A stretch of 64,000 bases of DNA. It comes from Folioceros fuciformis (lineage: Eukaryota). The stretch is taken from NCBI GenBank assembly GCA_049999805.1, contig JBNGIO010005882.1:126157-190156 (forward strand), in the 5' to 3' direction. Below, piece by piece: positions 20,691-34,514 of this stretch. Under the pieces are notes generated by a model. It saw nothing but the letters and a program-made list of their open reading frames with translations, was not told where the DNA came from and did not search any database. Every line of letters begins with the position of its first letter. Position 1 is the first letter of the stretch. The translations under genes were made by a program, and so were the position numbers.

Positions 20691-23600
20691 ATGGCGAAGA
20701 GGTCGAAGTTGAACGATGGGGCTTGGTTCCCTGCGGCGGATGCTGCCGACGATGAAGCAGACTTTCCAAGAGGTACTCCGCAGGCATCATTCGATGCCAC
20801 CTTGTTGGACTGTCCCTGCCTGTGTCATGAATTCAGGGCCAGTTCTTGAATTTCCTTCTGACTCCCGGATTGCAGGCGGTGTGGAAGCAAAGACAGCAGG
20901 ATTTTCCTCGGAGGAGAGGTATAGGAAGCAATCTGGGAATAAGGGTCGTGATGGGACCAAACAATTTTCCACTGTTCCCTCTGAGGTCGCCGTTGGATTG
21001 CGGTTAGGCGTACCGGATGAGAGGGGCTTGCAAAAATCTGTGCAAGTTCTGCGTTACAAGGTAGGCTGATGGTCGAGCAGTCTTTCGTGAAAGTGAATCG
21101 GAGACCTTCCTTGCTTCGGAAAGAGTGTGAATCCTCCCTCGTGCACGGCGGATCAGATGAAGCTAGCATTGATTGTGTATCTTATGGCATTGGAATTCAT
21201 ACGCATGGGGAGACCACGAGGAGTACTCTGGCTTGTTTTTTAATCACTTCGGAGTTGTCCTTATCAGTTTATTCTTGTCTGTGTGCAGAACTTAGCTGTG
21301 GGCATGAAAATACTAGGGATTATCACCGAGATACGACGGAAGGATTTGGTAGTCAGCTTGCCAGGTGGTTTGAGAGGGTTTGTTCCAGCCCAGGAGTCCA
21401 TTGACAGGATCTCCAGCATATGTCCACCTGGTACTGCCAATACGACTGGGCTTGGAGACGCTTCATCGGACCAGCAACAGGATTTGGCAAGTTGATCCAT
21501 TCGACCATTGCGAGCTTGATGGTATGATTGAGGAGGGTGCATTTGGCCAGGTCTGAATCAAAGTCCCTATTCCTTGCAGGGAAGGATCTTGAAACTCTTT
21601 CATGTTGGGCAAGTGGTACCATGTACAATAATAAAGCTAGAGCTCCACAAGTTAAAGAGGTTGAAGAAGGAAACCAAACGCATAGAGCTCTCTCTCCGGC
21701 TTTCACATCTCTACCACGGCTTGAGGCGTGACATGCTGCACGAGGGACTGGTGAGGGCTAGTGTTGCTTTTTGCTGCAAAAACTGTTTTCAGGGCACGCC
21801 TTTTGTTATCAAAGGTTGGTATGCTGTGATGTCCTTTTGGCTAGTGCCATCCTGTATGTATTACGAAGGGCAACATCGTCTGGATCAACTCATTGAGGAA
21901 AAAACGTTGTCTGTGCAAACGTCTTAATGGCTAACCAGGGACATTACCTGCAGGGTATGATTGCGTATGTGAGGAGTGTTGAGGACCATGGCTACCAACT
22001 CGGGGTTGGTGTGGATTCTGTTTCTGGATTTGCACTCAACAGAGATTACGGAGGTGTGCACACTGGATCTACACACATCAATACATTGTCTGTAGCCCTT
22101 ATGCTGGATGCTTAGTCAACTCTCTGCACGATCGACACCTACGGACTTCGCAGTCTGACCACTGTTACTCTCTGTTGAGGCAGATGATGAGGCAAAGAGA
22201 CTTTGCCCCGGCCAAATGGTGTTTGGAGTGATTTCTGTTGCAGACAGTGCGCAGGGGACTTTTCTCTTAAAAGAATATCGCAAGTCGTTGTTTTCATTCG
22301 CGGTATTCTTTTCCGCCCAGGCGGTTTGTTTCAGTGAAACGTTGCACTTGTGCGTGCTGACAATGGCAAGGATTGTGTGAAATAGTGGAGGGTGTCCATA
22401 CTGTCATTCACCTCTCATGGTCTGATGTTTTATTGCCTGTGGACAATTGTTGAGGTTCTTTGTGGCCTTCTATTGTTCTTATCTTTCATTTTCCTGGCTG
22501 GGATAGGTAAAAGAGCATGAAGGACTGAGCCTAGAGCACCTTGTACCAGGTTCACTGGTTGAGGGCTGGGTGAAAGCTGTTGCCAGGTCCGGTTTGGTCC
22601 TATGTTTTCTAACATTCTTCAGTGGCACGGTGAGTACTTTTGGAGTGCATTGTGTTTTCTAGAAAAGGTCAAATTGTAGTGTAAACTGATAATGTACGGT
22701 CACTGGTTTTTGTTTACCAGGTGAATATATTCCATCTTGAAAATGCCCTCCCAAGTTCTGACTGGAGTGCACATTACTCTGTGAATCAACGCGTTAGTGT
22801 CCCTTTACACTCTTTTCGTTAATAGCTTCATCGTTTTCTTTTCCAAGAAGGAGTTTTGCAGAAAACATAGCTAATTTTTGGCGCCTGCTGCAGAGGACTC
22901 TCTGAATTCTTTGTTCACTGATTTGCTGGTTACCTCTCTTACAGGTAAGGGCACGTGTTTTGTACATTGATCACAGCAAAAAGTGTGTGGGGTTGACTTT
23001 GAACAAGCATCTTGTTGAAGGAGTACAACCAATCCTGGTAAGACCGTGATTTTGTGATTTATTTAGGCATTTGCTATGATTGATCGCTTTGCCTGTGGCC
23101 CATTTTTTTATCAGCTCCATGGTATCTAGTCTCCGTGGTCATCACGCATTTGGTGTATTCCGTGTTGTATCCTGAGGGATGTACAAGTTGTAATGTCTCA
23201 GGAATATTTTCCAGTCGATTGTAAAACTGTGTGTGAACGTGGAGAATACGTCAGCTCTGCAGGATTTCTTGCTGTTCCCTGAGCGAAGTACACGCTGTAC
23301 TGTCTTGCACGTTTTGTTAGTCAGGAACAGCGTCCAGTTGATCATAAATTATGTGTGAATGTGAAGGTCATGTCAGCTCTGCAGGAAATGCGCAATAGAA
23401 TTTTTGATGGCTCTGTATTTCTGTGAGATCTGAGTTATGGAAGCGATCTAAACCATCCTACATCCTGACAGCAAGTCTCTTGTCCTTCAGTAGGCCTCTT
23501 CTATATTGTTGTGTGCGCTAGCTTTAAGATTACTTGGACAGGTGGAGCTGCAAAGTTGCTTTTACTCCCACTGTGTTGTTGTTTCAAGGGTAAAATTGAA

Positions 23601-26600
23601 GTACTAAAAGGCTGGGGCCGTGTCACTGGTCTGTGAAGCAAGCGACTGTCGGAGAAGCCTTGGAAAATGCTCAGATTCGCAGGATTGATGAAAGGACTGG
23701 GCTGTTATTGGAGCTATCCACAAAGTCAAGAGTGATTGCAGCGTATGCCCATGTAAGCACGGCTGTGATGTAGTTGATTGTTTTTTCGTGCAGCTTAGAA
23801 TAGCAGCTGTTAGCATTTCTTGGTTTTGTTCTAACCTTGTACCACATTGTTTGTAAAGATTTCTCATGTCTCCGATGAGCATGTTGAAAAGCTGGAAGAC
23901 AAGTTCAAGGTGGGACAGCTAGTTCGAGCAAGGGTGATTGGCACCCGACCAATTGACGGCCTTTTGACAGTAACAATGAAGGTAAATCATTTAATTAGAT
24001 TTATTGAGGTCCTTATTTGTTGTTTCTGATCTTAGCTTTTTCAACCATTTTCACATCCTATGTGGACGGGTTTCTTACTTTCTGTTATCTAACTTTCTTT
24101 TGCTTTTTATTGTTTTACAGAAATCCCTGCTTGAGCAGCCTATCTTAAAACTTACAGATGTCAAGGCGGGAATAGTTTTGCAAGGAAGGATTACAGCTGT
24201 AGAAACAGGTGGTCTCTCGGTAAATCTGGGTGTGGGAGTAGATGCATTTTGCCCTTCTCAACAAGCATCAGAGTTTGATGGTGTTCCATCCAGCGAGAAG
24301 TTCCGGGTATGCGTCCTGCTTTGTTTCATCAATAGTCATAGTGTCAAGTCAATATCTAATTGGTGATCTTGCCTCGCTCTGCTGGTATTTCCTGATTGGC
24401 AGGTCGGTGCCCTGTTAAAGTTTCGGGTTTTGGTTTGTCCTCCACTAGCCCGCAAGATAACTGTTACTCACAAGAAAACTCTGGTATATCCGTGTGGCCG
24501 TTGTCAGAAAGTCAGGTAGTGATGTTGATATTGTGCCATCTAGCTGGGTCTACGTACTGAATTGCACAGGATTTTCCAGGTTGATTCAAATTTGCCTATC
24601 ATCACCTGCTATAAAGATGCTCTGGAAGGTCTGGTGACACACGGCTGGATATTTTCAGTGGGAGATTATGGGTGCATTGTGAAATTCTACAACAAAGTGA
24701 AAGGACTTGCACCCAGGCAAGTAGGCCTCTTTTTCTAAACTATCCTTGCCATTTTCCTCCTTGACTTCTCTGAGAACGTGTGTGGTTCTCGCCTTTTTCA
24801 GGTCTGAGCTATGCCTTGATAGCCATACTCCCATCAGTGCATTATATAGGTGTGGTCAGGTAGTCAAGTGCCGAGTGCTGAGGGCAAGTGCTCAATCCAG
24901 GAAGCTTACAATCAGCGTCAATTTCTCTCCTGGAAGGTTTGACCCGAATTGATTCCATGATAATGCTTGCTCTGTTTTGCTTTGTGCTTGTGAAGTTCCT
25001 GATGGTCGCTGGCTTTCTGTCTCGTTGCAGAGTCAATCCATTGTTAGCTGTAGATGTTAAACCCGGAAGCATTGTTTCTGGAGTAGTACAAGAAGTGGGT
25101 GAGAATGGCCTGATGCTGGGGGTTTCGCTTCCAAATGGATCCACTGTAGGCACCCTGGATTTCGCACATTTGTCCGATAATCCAGGTGGCCAATCTTTCC
25201 TCTGACTCCTTTAAAGGCAAAACATTTCTATTCCAGCGTCATCTTGCTGGGATTAGAGCTCAGAATTTCATCCTCACTGCAGGCCATGTGAATCAGTTGA
25301 AGGTTTTGCTTAAAGTGGGCTATACATTCGACCGGCTTGTTGTCTTAGGTATGCTTTCTGTTAAGTGAAAGAGAGAGTTTCCGCTGAGGGATTACAGTTC
25401 CTGCACAGTTTATTTTGTTTTTACTAATACAAGATCGTAGTTGAGGTCAAAACTTAGAATCTCTGATTTTGCAGATGTTTCAGAACACAGAGTACTGCTC
25501 TCTTCAAAGTTTTCTCTGTTGCAAGCTGCTCAGTCTTTGCCATCTGACATCAGCCAGCTTGAAGCACACGCAGTCATACCAGTAATTATCTGCAGTCCCT
25601 GGATTGCTGTTGGCCATTTGGTTGATATAGGCCTTCCAATTTGTTTTACTCCATGGCTTAGCAGTGTGCATGTATTGCAGGGTTATGTGGTCCGTATAAC
25701 TACATTCGGTGTGTTTGTGAGGTTCCTTTCACGGCTGACTGGGTTGGCTGCCAACTCGCAAGTGAGTGCTATGCTTGTTGATTTTTGTACGAACTTTTGT
25801 TAGTTTGCTCTGAAGATAGGATCCAGATTGTACATAAATTCATTGATTGTATGAGACTCGTTCATTTGTGGAAAGTTGCCGTAATTGGAAATATGGGAGT
25901 TGCGGTTTGTCCCACGCCCAGGAGATTGAAAATGGACACGAATGGCATTCAGACCGCTTGCCAAATCTCACGTACGGCGTTCTTGTAACTGGCTTTGTTG
26001 GGTGGCTTGGCATTGCGGGTATTGCAGGTTTCGGATAGTTTTGAGCAGGATCCTTCGTCTTGCTATTCTGTTGGGCAATCAGTTCGTGCTTATGTTCTAG
26101 AGGTGTGTCATTTACCTTTGCTTCCTCCTCTATAGATGAATTATGTTTCCACCAAGCACTTAGGGAACAGCATTGTGACGAATGTGGTGTGCAGGTGGAT
26201 AGAACAGCTGGAAAAGTCAAGGTAAGCCTGAAGCAGTCTGTCTGTTTCTCCAGGGATGCAACTCTGATGGAAGGGTACTTCATTGACGAAGCCAAGGTGA
26301 CTCAACCTGGGATGGATTAAAGTCTTTGCACTGTGTGGCACGTGATCCTTTAAAAATGTCATCCTGGATGCTGACTTGCTGTGGAAATCTGGAATGAAGA
26401 TTAGGGAGTTGAATACGTCAGGCGATGTGGAATGTGTAAACAACATACAATTTGGATCATTTGTTGAAGGCAAGGTACAAGACATTAAAGACTATGGTGT
26501 TATAATCAGGCTGCGAAACTATGAGGAAGTTGTAGGCTTTATAACTCAATATCAAGGTATTCACCCCTTGAATCACAGCGTGTTCCTTCCCTCTTGTTAT

Positions 26601-29600
26601 TTTGTCTTGAGAAAATTTATTTTTACAAGTTCTTCATGCAACTGTGGCTGTTTAGTTGGCAGTGCTGTCAAAGTGGGGCAGAAGGTCACAGCTCGTGTTT
26701 TAGATGTTGCCAAATCAGATGGCATTGTTGACTTGACTCTTAGAAGTGGGCACATGGACGAGCTAGAAAAGCGTAAGGTGAGTTTGAAGAGGAATGTTTT
26801 TCTTGACTGCAAATAGATCCAGAGTAGTGTCATCTTGAGCTGGTCATATCACCTAAATCATTAATAGAATCAACCATTAGACTGAAGAAGCTCCTTATGC
26901 AGAAGGATGGACACAGACTATTCCAAGTTTTCCACAATGATGTTCCGTTTCTTGAAAAGACTTTCTGCTCTGTGTTATTTTATCACAGAGTAATGTGCAA
27001 GCTGCAGCGCAGACTCTGGAGGTTGGCGAAAAGGTTGAAGCATTGGTTGAGCTCGTGAAGGATGAGTACCTGGTCAGTGCTGGTTGTGCCTTGGTTTTAT
27101 GCTGTATTTTCTCTAAACAACTATCCTCAGATTGGACTCAGTAGTAATCTGGTGCAGGTCCTATCACTCCCTACTCACGGTTATCATATTGCATTTGCAT
27201 CAACTCGAGACTTCAATTCTCGTGTCCTGGATCCCCACCACCAGTTCAGACCGGGTCAAAGGTGCTGTGACGTATGCCACTTCCTGTCTTTGGCGGGAGT
27301 TAGTCCTTTATGGTCACTGGCACACTAAATTTTTCCATTAGTGTCTGGGATGCAATGGTTTTGTTGAATTTTTTCTAATTCAGCGGTACTTGGTATCTGT
27401 TCTCTGTTAAGTTCAGATAGACATTGTGCTGACATTGTCAGTAACTTTTTCTCTTGTGTCGGCAGAGTGGCTGCGACAGTTTGCCGATTGTCAGCTGGCG
27501 GAAGAGACCTTCTCCTCCTTTTAACTTTCAGTGATCCTCCGTTGGTCCGCACGAAGATCTCCAGGAAGGATGTAAAATATCAGACTGGCGCCCTTGTCCA
27601 GGGAAAGGTTCATCTCAATTACCACACCTGCCCCTTTTTTTGCCAATGGCTGCTTTGTTTCATCCTGCATGTCTTGCAGCTTTAACACATTCCCCTGTTC
27701 TGTTATACTGAGTTGGTACATTAAGTCCCATGTTAGTGTAACTAGCATGGTCCCGGTGTTGTATAACATCGATTTTAGATTCTAGGTGGACTCATGAAAA
27801 GTTGCATGAACTTAATTCCTTTAAAACAAAGGAAACGGATATGGCCGGTGTTAGTAGAAATGTTGGATGAGCTGATCGTCTATTTGTGCTTGTATGCAGA
27901 TCACCTCGATAGAATCTGTCTACATGTACTTGTGGGTTGAGAGTGCTGTCCAAGGAAGAATCCATATCACAGAGGTCTTGTCTTTTCAGTTCTTGCTATT
28001 GAAGTGCGTGCGTGTTGAGTATTATTTCCATTCAGTGTAGTACTCACGTTTTCCGGATTATGAGTGCAGGTCAAAGATGACTTTGAGGAAGGTTGCCCTT
28101 TTGATGTTTTTTCTGTCGGAGAAGTACTTAATGCGAGAGTATTGGAGAAATCGAGAGTTTCAAAGTCAGCTGGAAAAAATGTTGTCCTTGAACTTTCAAT
28201 CAAGTCCTCTTCTATCTCAGGTGGAACGTGTTTTAGTGCTATACTTACAGATTCCAAGCTACGTAGCTTGTTTGGTTTATTGAGTCCTGTGGTGTATGGT
28301 GTTCCCTTGGTTTAGATTCTGGTGCAGCAACCAAGGCATCATGCAGCCTCCGACCATTGAATGACTTCAAAGTTGGGAACACAGTGACAGCGTTTGTGCA
28401 AGAAGTAAATGATGAATGGGCTTGGCTACTTGTGCATCGTCATTTACGAGGCAGATTATCTGTTCTTGATTCATCTTCGTCTCCAGCTGAACTTCAAATT
28501 TTCAGAAACCGATTCCGCATAGGGCAGGCAGTGCGTTGCAAGATAATGCGTGTAAATTATGAGCATGGCACAGTAGACCTATCATTACGGGTTGATTCCA
28601 GCACACACTCAAATTCCGTTACAGGACAGGAAGATGCGGCCATGCAGGTAGGGGACGTGGTAGGCGGAAGGATTACACAAATTTTTCCTGGAGCTGGAGG
28701 ATTAGCTGTCCAAGTTGGTGCACACACTTATGGAAGGGTGCACGTCACAGAAATTACTGATGTTTGGGAGGATAATCCAGGCGAAAAATTTGTGGTCGGT
28801 CAGTTCGTAAGATGTGTTGTTGTAGGGATCAGTGATGGAGACCAAGGTAACGTGCAAGTTGATCTGTCATTAAGGGCGTCACCCACAAGGTTTCTGCAAA
28901 TGCCTTTCACATTTTTGGCTTGGAATTTATACTTAATGAGGGGTGAGGGGGAGGGGGGCGTGGGCGATGGGAGAGGTAATACCTGACGTACATGTTCTTC
29001 ACATGATACAGCGCGCAGTCATATTTATCGACCGTCAGGGAATTTACACCAGGGCAAGAAGTACAGGTTGGCTTTCTTAAAAGCTCGGTGTGCTTTCTTC
29101 AGAGTTAGCAGCATTCATTTTATCCGGGTTAACCCGTTATTGAACGGCAGTCTGACTGTTGCGTAGGCTTACATCAAGACAGTATCGAATAAGGGGTGTT
29201 TTGTTACAATAGCTCGACATGTAGATGGAAGAGTACTCCTGAAAAACTTGTCTGATTCTTTTGTTGAAGATCCCGTCCACAGTTTCCCTCCTGGCAAGGT
29301 GGTTAAAGGAAGGTACTTTGATAACATCTTTGGCTTTTTTGTATTCGTTTCACCTTGTTGGCCGTTCATTGCAGAACTTTGACCGTTTAGACCTGTCATC
29401 TGTTCAGAATATCAAGTGTGGATGCTGCCTCTGGGCTTATTGATGTCAGTTTAAGAACAAGAGGCACGCCTTCGAAGCAGATTGATCCAAAAGACATTGA
29501 AGACCAGCTGGAAAAGCTCCGTGTTGGGGAAACGATGTCTGGCACAGTGCGGAGAATAGAAAAATTTGGTGTTTTCATCTCCCTACGGCCGTCTAATCTA

Positions 29601-31664
29601 GTATGCCCAAGCCTGCAATCTAGTCATCTCAGCTTTGAATTCATGCGCTTGATTTTCCCAGACAAACCTCTTTCGTCCAGTATATGTGCCTTTTCATTGA
29701 GTCGCAGAGTGTATGTGGTACAGGTGGGAATGTGCCATGTCTCAGAACTTTTTGATGGGTACGTTGAGGATACACTGCAGGTCTGCAAGGTTGGCGAGAA
29801 GGTTTTGGTTAAGATACTTAAGGTGACGTGCTACCGGATCTCTCTTTTGTTTGGTTGAACGGAGTCTATAGCCTCCAATAGCTGCTCTGTCTTACTATGT
29901 TTAACCTACGCAGGTTGATTTTACCACCAAGCGTGTTACACTTGGTATGAAGGCGTCATACTTCAATCTGGAGGAAGGTTCTGAGGTTGACCCTTCGCCA
30001 GAAAGTCTGCTCTCTGAGTTGGAGCAATCAGGCAAAGAGGAGAAGAAGCACATGTTGCGTGTGATGAAGGGGCAGGGGGAAACAGAGGAAGAGGATGCAG
30101 GCAGCAAGCCAGATAGGATGTCAGACACTGGTCTGGCACTCTCTTCTGTTCCATCTCTTGACTTGTTTTCTCAGGTAGGAGATGAGGCAGTTCAGGAAGC
30201 TGGACTCGGTTCTGAGGAAAATCCATCGGAGGACTGTGAAATACGAACCAGGTACTTGAAGCTGAACATATTTGTTTGCTAGAGGCTCTGTCATGGTGGC
30301 TATCTGCCAACGAGTTTGAGTCTGATTCCAAACTGCAGGCCCCAGCTCATTAAAGGAAGCACTCAGGAATCTACGACGGTCACCAATGATGCAGTACTTG
30401 AGACTGCAGAGGACTTTGAGAAGCTCTTGGTTGTGTCTTCTTCCAGCAGTTTCCTTTGGATAAAGTACATGGCTTTTATGTTAAGCATTTCTGAAGTGGA
30501 AAAAGCTCGTACAATAGCCGAGAGGTAATAAAATGCGGAGCTTAGACACAAAACGACAGGTGAAACTTTGCAATTAGTCTTGGCTGTGTTTTGCTGCGGT
30601 TGGCATGAAATGTTCCATGGCTAATTATGCAGGGCAATCCAAACCATCAATTTTAGAGAGGAGACAGAGAAGCAAAATATTTGGGTAGCCTACCTGAATC
30701 TGGAATATGAGTATGGGCCTTCTAATGGGGTATGTTATCGCTTCTGACAGTTGAGGCCCTGGACGTTGAAGTGTTGCACTTGTGATGTTGTCTCGACTTG
30801 CCATCTGCAGGAATCAGTAGACAAAGTTTTTGAGAGGGCACTTAAACAGTGCGACCCAAAGAGCATGTACTTCAAGTTATTGAGTTTGCATGAACGACAT
30901 GAACAAAATCAGCGGTGTGAGGAGCTGTTGAAGACTATGTTACACAAATTCAAGACATCCACGAAGGTGGGTTGTTGGTGAGGAGTTGAAATAGTTTTGA
31001 GAATCATGAAGGCTGTTCTACAGAGGCATCCACTGATGCGTGGTGCAACATGACAGGTCTGGATCAAGCACCTCGAGACCACTATAAGCAGAGGAGCTGA
31101 GGATGTGGGCAAAACTGTGTTTGATCGAGCACTTCTAAGCCTGCCACGACAGAAGCATGTGCGGTTCATAACTCAGGCTGCTATCTTGGAATTCCGACGC
31201 GGCTCTCGAGACAGGGGAAGGACGATTCTGGAAGGGGTTTTGCTGCACTACCCTAAAAGAGTGGATCTGTGGAGTGTATACCTCGATCAGGTAAAGGTTC
31301 CAATGTTCTCTAGATCGTGATAATGAACTTCTTATGGATCGTGATAATAATTCGATTATCTCACTAGCTCTGATTTCTTATATTTTGGGCTGTCTTGTAG
31401 GAAATACGAATTGGAGACTCTCCCATTGTGCGTGCTCTTTTTGAGAGGATAATTTGCTTGGATTTGCCTCCGAAAAAGATGAAGGTGAGGTCTGTTGTAC
31501 TTTGTGAGCTTTCGTCTTTCTATCACGGTGGATCTTCTCTCACTCCAGTTGAGCAGGTCTTTTTCAAGCGGTTTTTGGAGTATGAGAAATCAACGGGTGA
31601 CAGTACCCGTGTTGAGTATGTCAAGCTTAAGGCGAGATCCTATGTGGAATCGGAGCTTGAGTAG
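20691..31664 (+). CDS. RRP5: rRNA biogenesis protein RRP5 (multi-exon; S1 repeats plus C-terminal HAT repeats)
   Basis: N-terminal DFPRG; many S1 exons ([39 protein letters not shown]); HAT region ([57 protein letters not shown]); short GT-AG introns. Confidence 0.93.
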
Positions 31665-33177
31665 GCCAAAAGTCTTAGTAGTAGAGAGTACTAGACGAGC
31701 GCATACATCCGGGGCATTGCTAGTGAAGGCTAGAACTAGCCTTCAAATATTTTTCAATGCTACTGAATTACTCCGAACGCCGGCCGACGAGCTCTAACTT
31801 GGGCAATGCCATAGAAGTGTGTAGAGGAGGTACCTGATGCAGTAATGAGGTACTAAAGGCCTAATGCATTAACAAGGTATTGATAAAATTTAATGTTTTT
31901 TATTATATTTTTTAAAAGGGTTTGTATCGTTTTCTTTAGATGTAAAGTAATGTTGCTTAAAATATATCTTGTATTATATTTGTTTGTGTATAATTATTTT
32001 TGTTCGATGTTTGTTCAAATGATTAGTGGTCTATGTGCCAAGTTAAGAGTCATAGCAACGGTGTTCTCACATACGAATGGTGTTCTCACATACGAATGGT
32101 GTTCTCACTCTCTTTCTTTTTTTCTTCCGACAGTGCCTATCCATTGCTTTACAAATATGGCTTTCTTCCGTCAGTGCATATCCATTGCTTTGTTTTACAC
32201 ATAGAATTGGCCAAAGTAGTTCTAAAATATCCCTTGCTTTGCTTTACAAATAGAATTGGCCAAAGTAGTTCTAAAATATCCATTGCTTTGCTTTACAAAG
32301 TAGTTTTTAGAATGCCAAGTCTTTTGTTATTCCATATCATGACATTTTGGGAGCATAGTTTTTGAAAATCGTTCCACGTCTATTTTATCGCACTCTACAT
32401 TACTCTACTCTATGTCCCACTCCACTTCATTATTCCACACACTACTCCACTGATCCACCTACCACTCACCACAATCACCACTCAAAAGTGTTAGTATACA
32501 AAGTGTATGATGCTCACCCCTAGGAACATAGCAAAGGGTCTTGGTCTCACCCCACTACAACTAAAAATATTCATGCTTATTCTTCTCACAACCACAATCT
32601 ACAATTTGTACATCCCCAGCAAAGTGAGGGCATCAAATATTAACAAGAGCTAAAACTAGTGAAATCCATCTTGCGAAACATTGTTTACATATGGCACGTG
32701 GGCCACCGAACGTTTGAATTGTGTGGTTAAGTACTTTTTGCAAGTTTAATAGCAAAAAGGAGGTTCTTTGAAGCACCCATTAGTCATGGTGGATATCTAA
32801 GAGAAGGAAGGTTGATTTAATTGGGCAAAATTTTATATTAAGAACACTTTAATAGATAACACATAGATAACATAAGATGATGTTTTATGTCAATTGCTTT
32901 CAAACAAAGAATGGATTCTTTGCAATATAAACATACTCCAACATAGCATCACTATAAGATTCGGAATAAAGTGCATCAAAAGGCTAGCGCACTTTGGACT
33001 AGGGTTTGGTAGAGTGTGTTGGTCTATCAACGCACTCCGTATTGGTTGTAGGGTTTAGGGTTGTACAAGTTGTAGGATTTAGGGTTTATTGGTTGTACAG
33101 AGTGCTAATAGACCGAGGAACTTTGGACTGATTGTAGAGTGCACCACCCAATTAGTACTCTCTACAAACATGGACAT

Positions 33178-33220
33178 TATCACCAAGGGTATTGGTTTTC
33201 AACCAATACCCTTGGTGATA
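33178..33220. other. Perfect 20-bp-stem palindrome with a 3-nt loop
   Basis: TATCACCAAGGGTATTGGTT-TTC-AACCAATACCCTTGGTGATA. Confidence 0.9.
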
Positions 33221-33729
33221 GGTTTTTATATCAAAATTTGAAATTCAAATTTTAAATACAGCAATCATTGTGAATTCCCATGTATATTGGTATGCTTAGC
33301 ACACGAGTGCATTGGTAGACCGAGCTTTCAAACATGTTTAAGTTTGCAAAACCTCATGAATACAAGTCAAAACTTTGTTATTTGAGACTATGTGGGTCAT
33401 TATAAAAGAGAAGATTAAAAATAGTACGAACTTTTCCATTTAAGATTATGTGAATCATCATAAACATGGTTTATTAGTTAATGACTATTCACATCACATC
33501 ATAATGTGCACACTTGAATTACAATAATTATATTTTAATTACTAGCTTGGTTTTACTTGCATGCACCTCAATCGACAAGAGAGAGAATATAAGTGCAGAA
33601 AATTACAAATCTTATTTATTTTATAAAAATAGATGGAGAACTCCATCTAAGTGTATTTTAGAAAAACAAGATGGAGAACTCCATTTACACTTAGAGAGAG
33701 ATAAATCATGATAGAGATAGTAGAGGCTA

Positions 33730-33995
33730 TGCCTTGAAGCCTAATGACTATTAAAAACATCAGGGTCTCTAATGACTATTAAAAACATCATGGTCTAGGA
33801 GGAGAAAGGGTCTGCCTACCACTAACTGGGAGGAGAAAGGGTCTACCTAACTGGGAGGAAAAAGGGTCTACTTATTATCGAAGCCCCCGATGACTATTAA
33901 AAACATTATAGTCTGGGAGGAGAAAGGATCTACTGCCAAAGCCTAATGACTATTAAAAACATCATGGTCTACAAGGAGAAAGAGTCTATATCACT
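33730..33995 (+). repeat. Dispersed repeat family (GAAGCCTAATGACTA...ATCATGGTCT..GAGGAGAAAG), related to 36160-36380 and 56798-57140
   Basis: Same motifs recur locally about 4 times and upstream of the Sola-like ORF at 57213. Confidence 0.65.
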
Positions 33996-34514
33996 AGAGT
34001 TTATTGAACCAATGGAGTAAAGAAACTACAAACTTGTAGTTACCTCGTACACAAATTTGTTTAAAAGAGGGTGTTAAACTTGAATAAAGGTATTCGTTTA
34101 CCCTAATTTTTTTTATAATTAATAAGTTTGAAACAAGTTATTACTATATATGCTAGTTTACAGAAAATAGTAATAACCCATATTTAGAGAAGATAATAAT
34201 AACCTAGATTAAGGGAAAATAATAATAATTTATTTATTATGGCCTATTTTGGCAAGTTTAGGGTTTATTGTTTTGGCAAGTTAAAAGTTGTTTCTAAAAC
34301 GGGGTGAGCAAGTATTTGACCTTGCCTATCAAAGGATTTATTGGCATGTCAAATAGCTTATAAGCAACATTACAAGGAGCTCCATGAGCACGTAGAAGAG
34401 AATGATTTTGGCTCCGTACGCCAAAGGATATGCGAAAGTAAAATATTGCGAGTCTCGTTGGTGATTCATGTTGAAATAAATTATTGAAAGTCTTTTTACG
34501 TAGTTTAGCAAACT

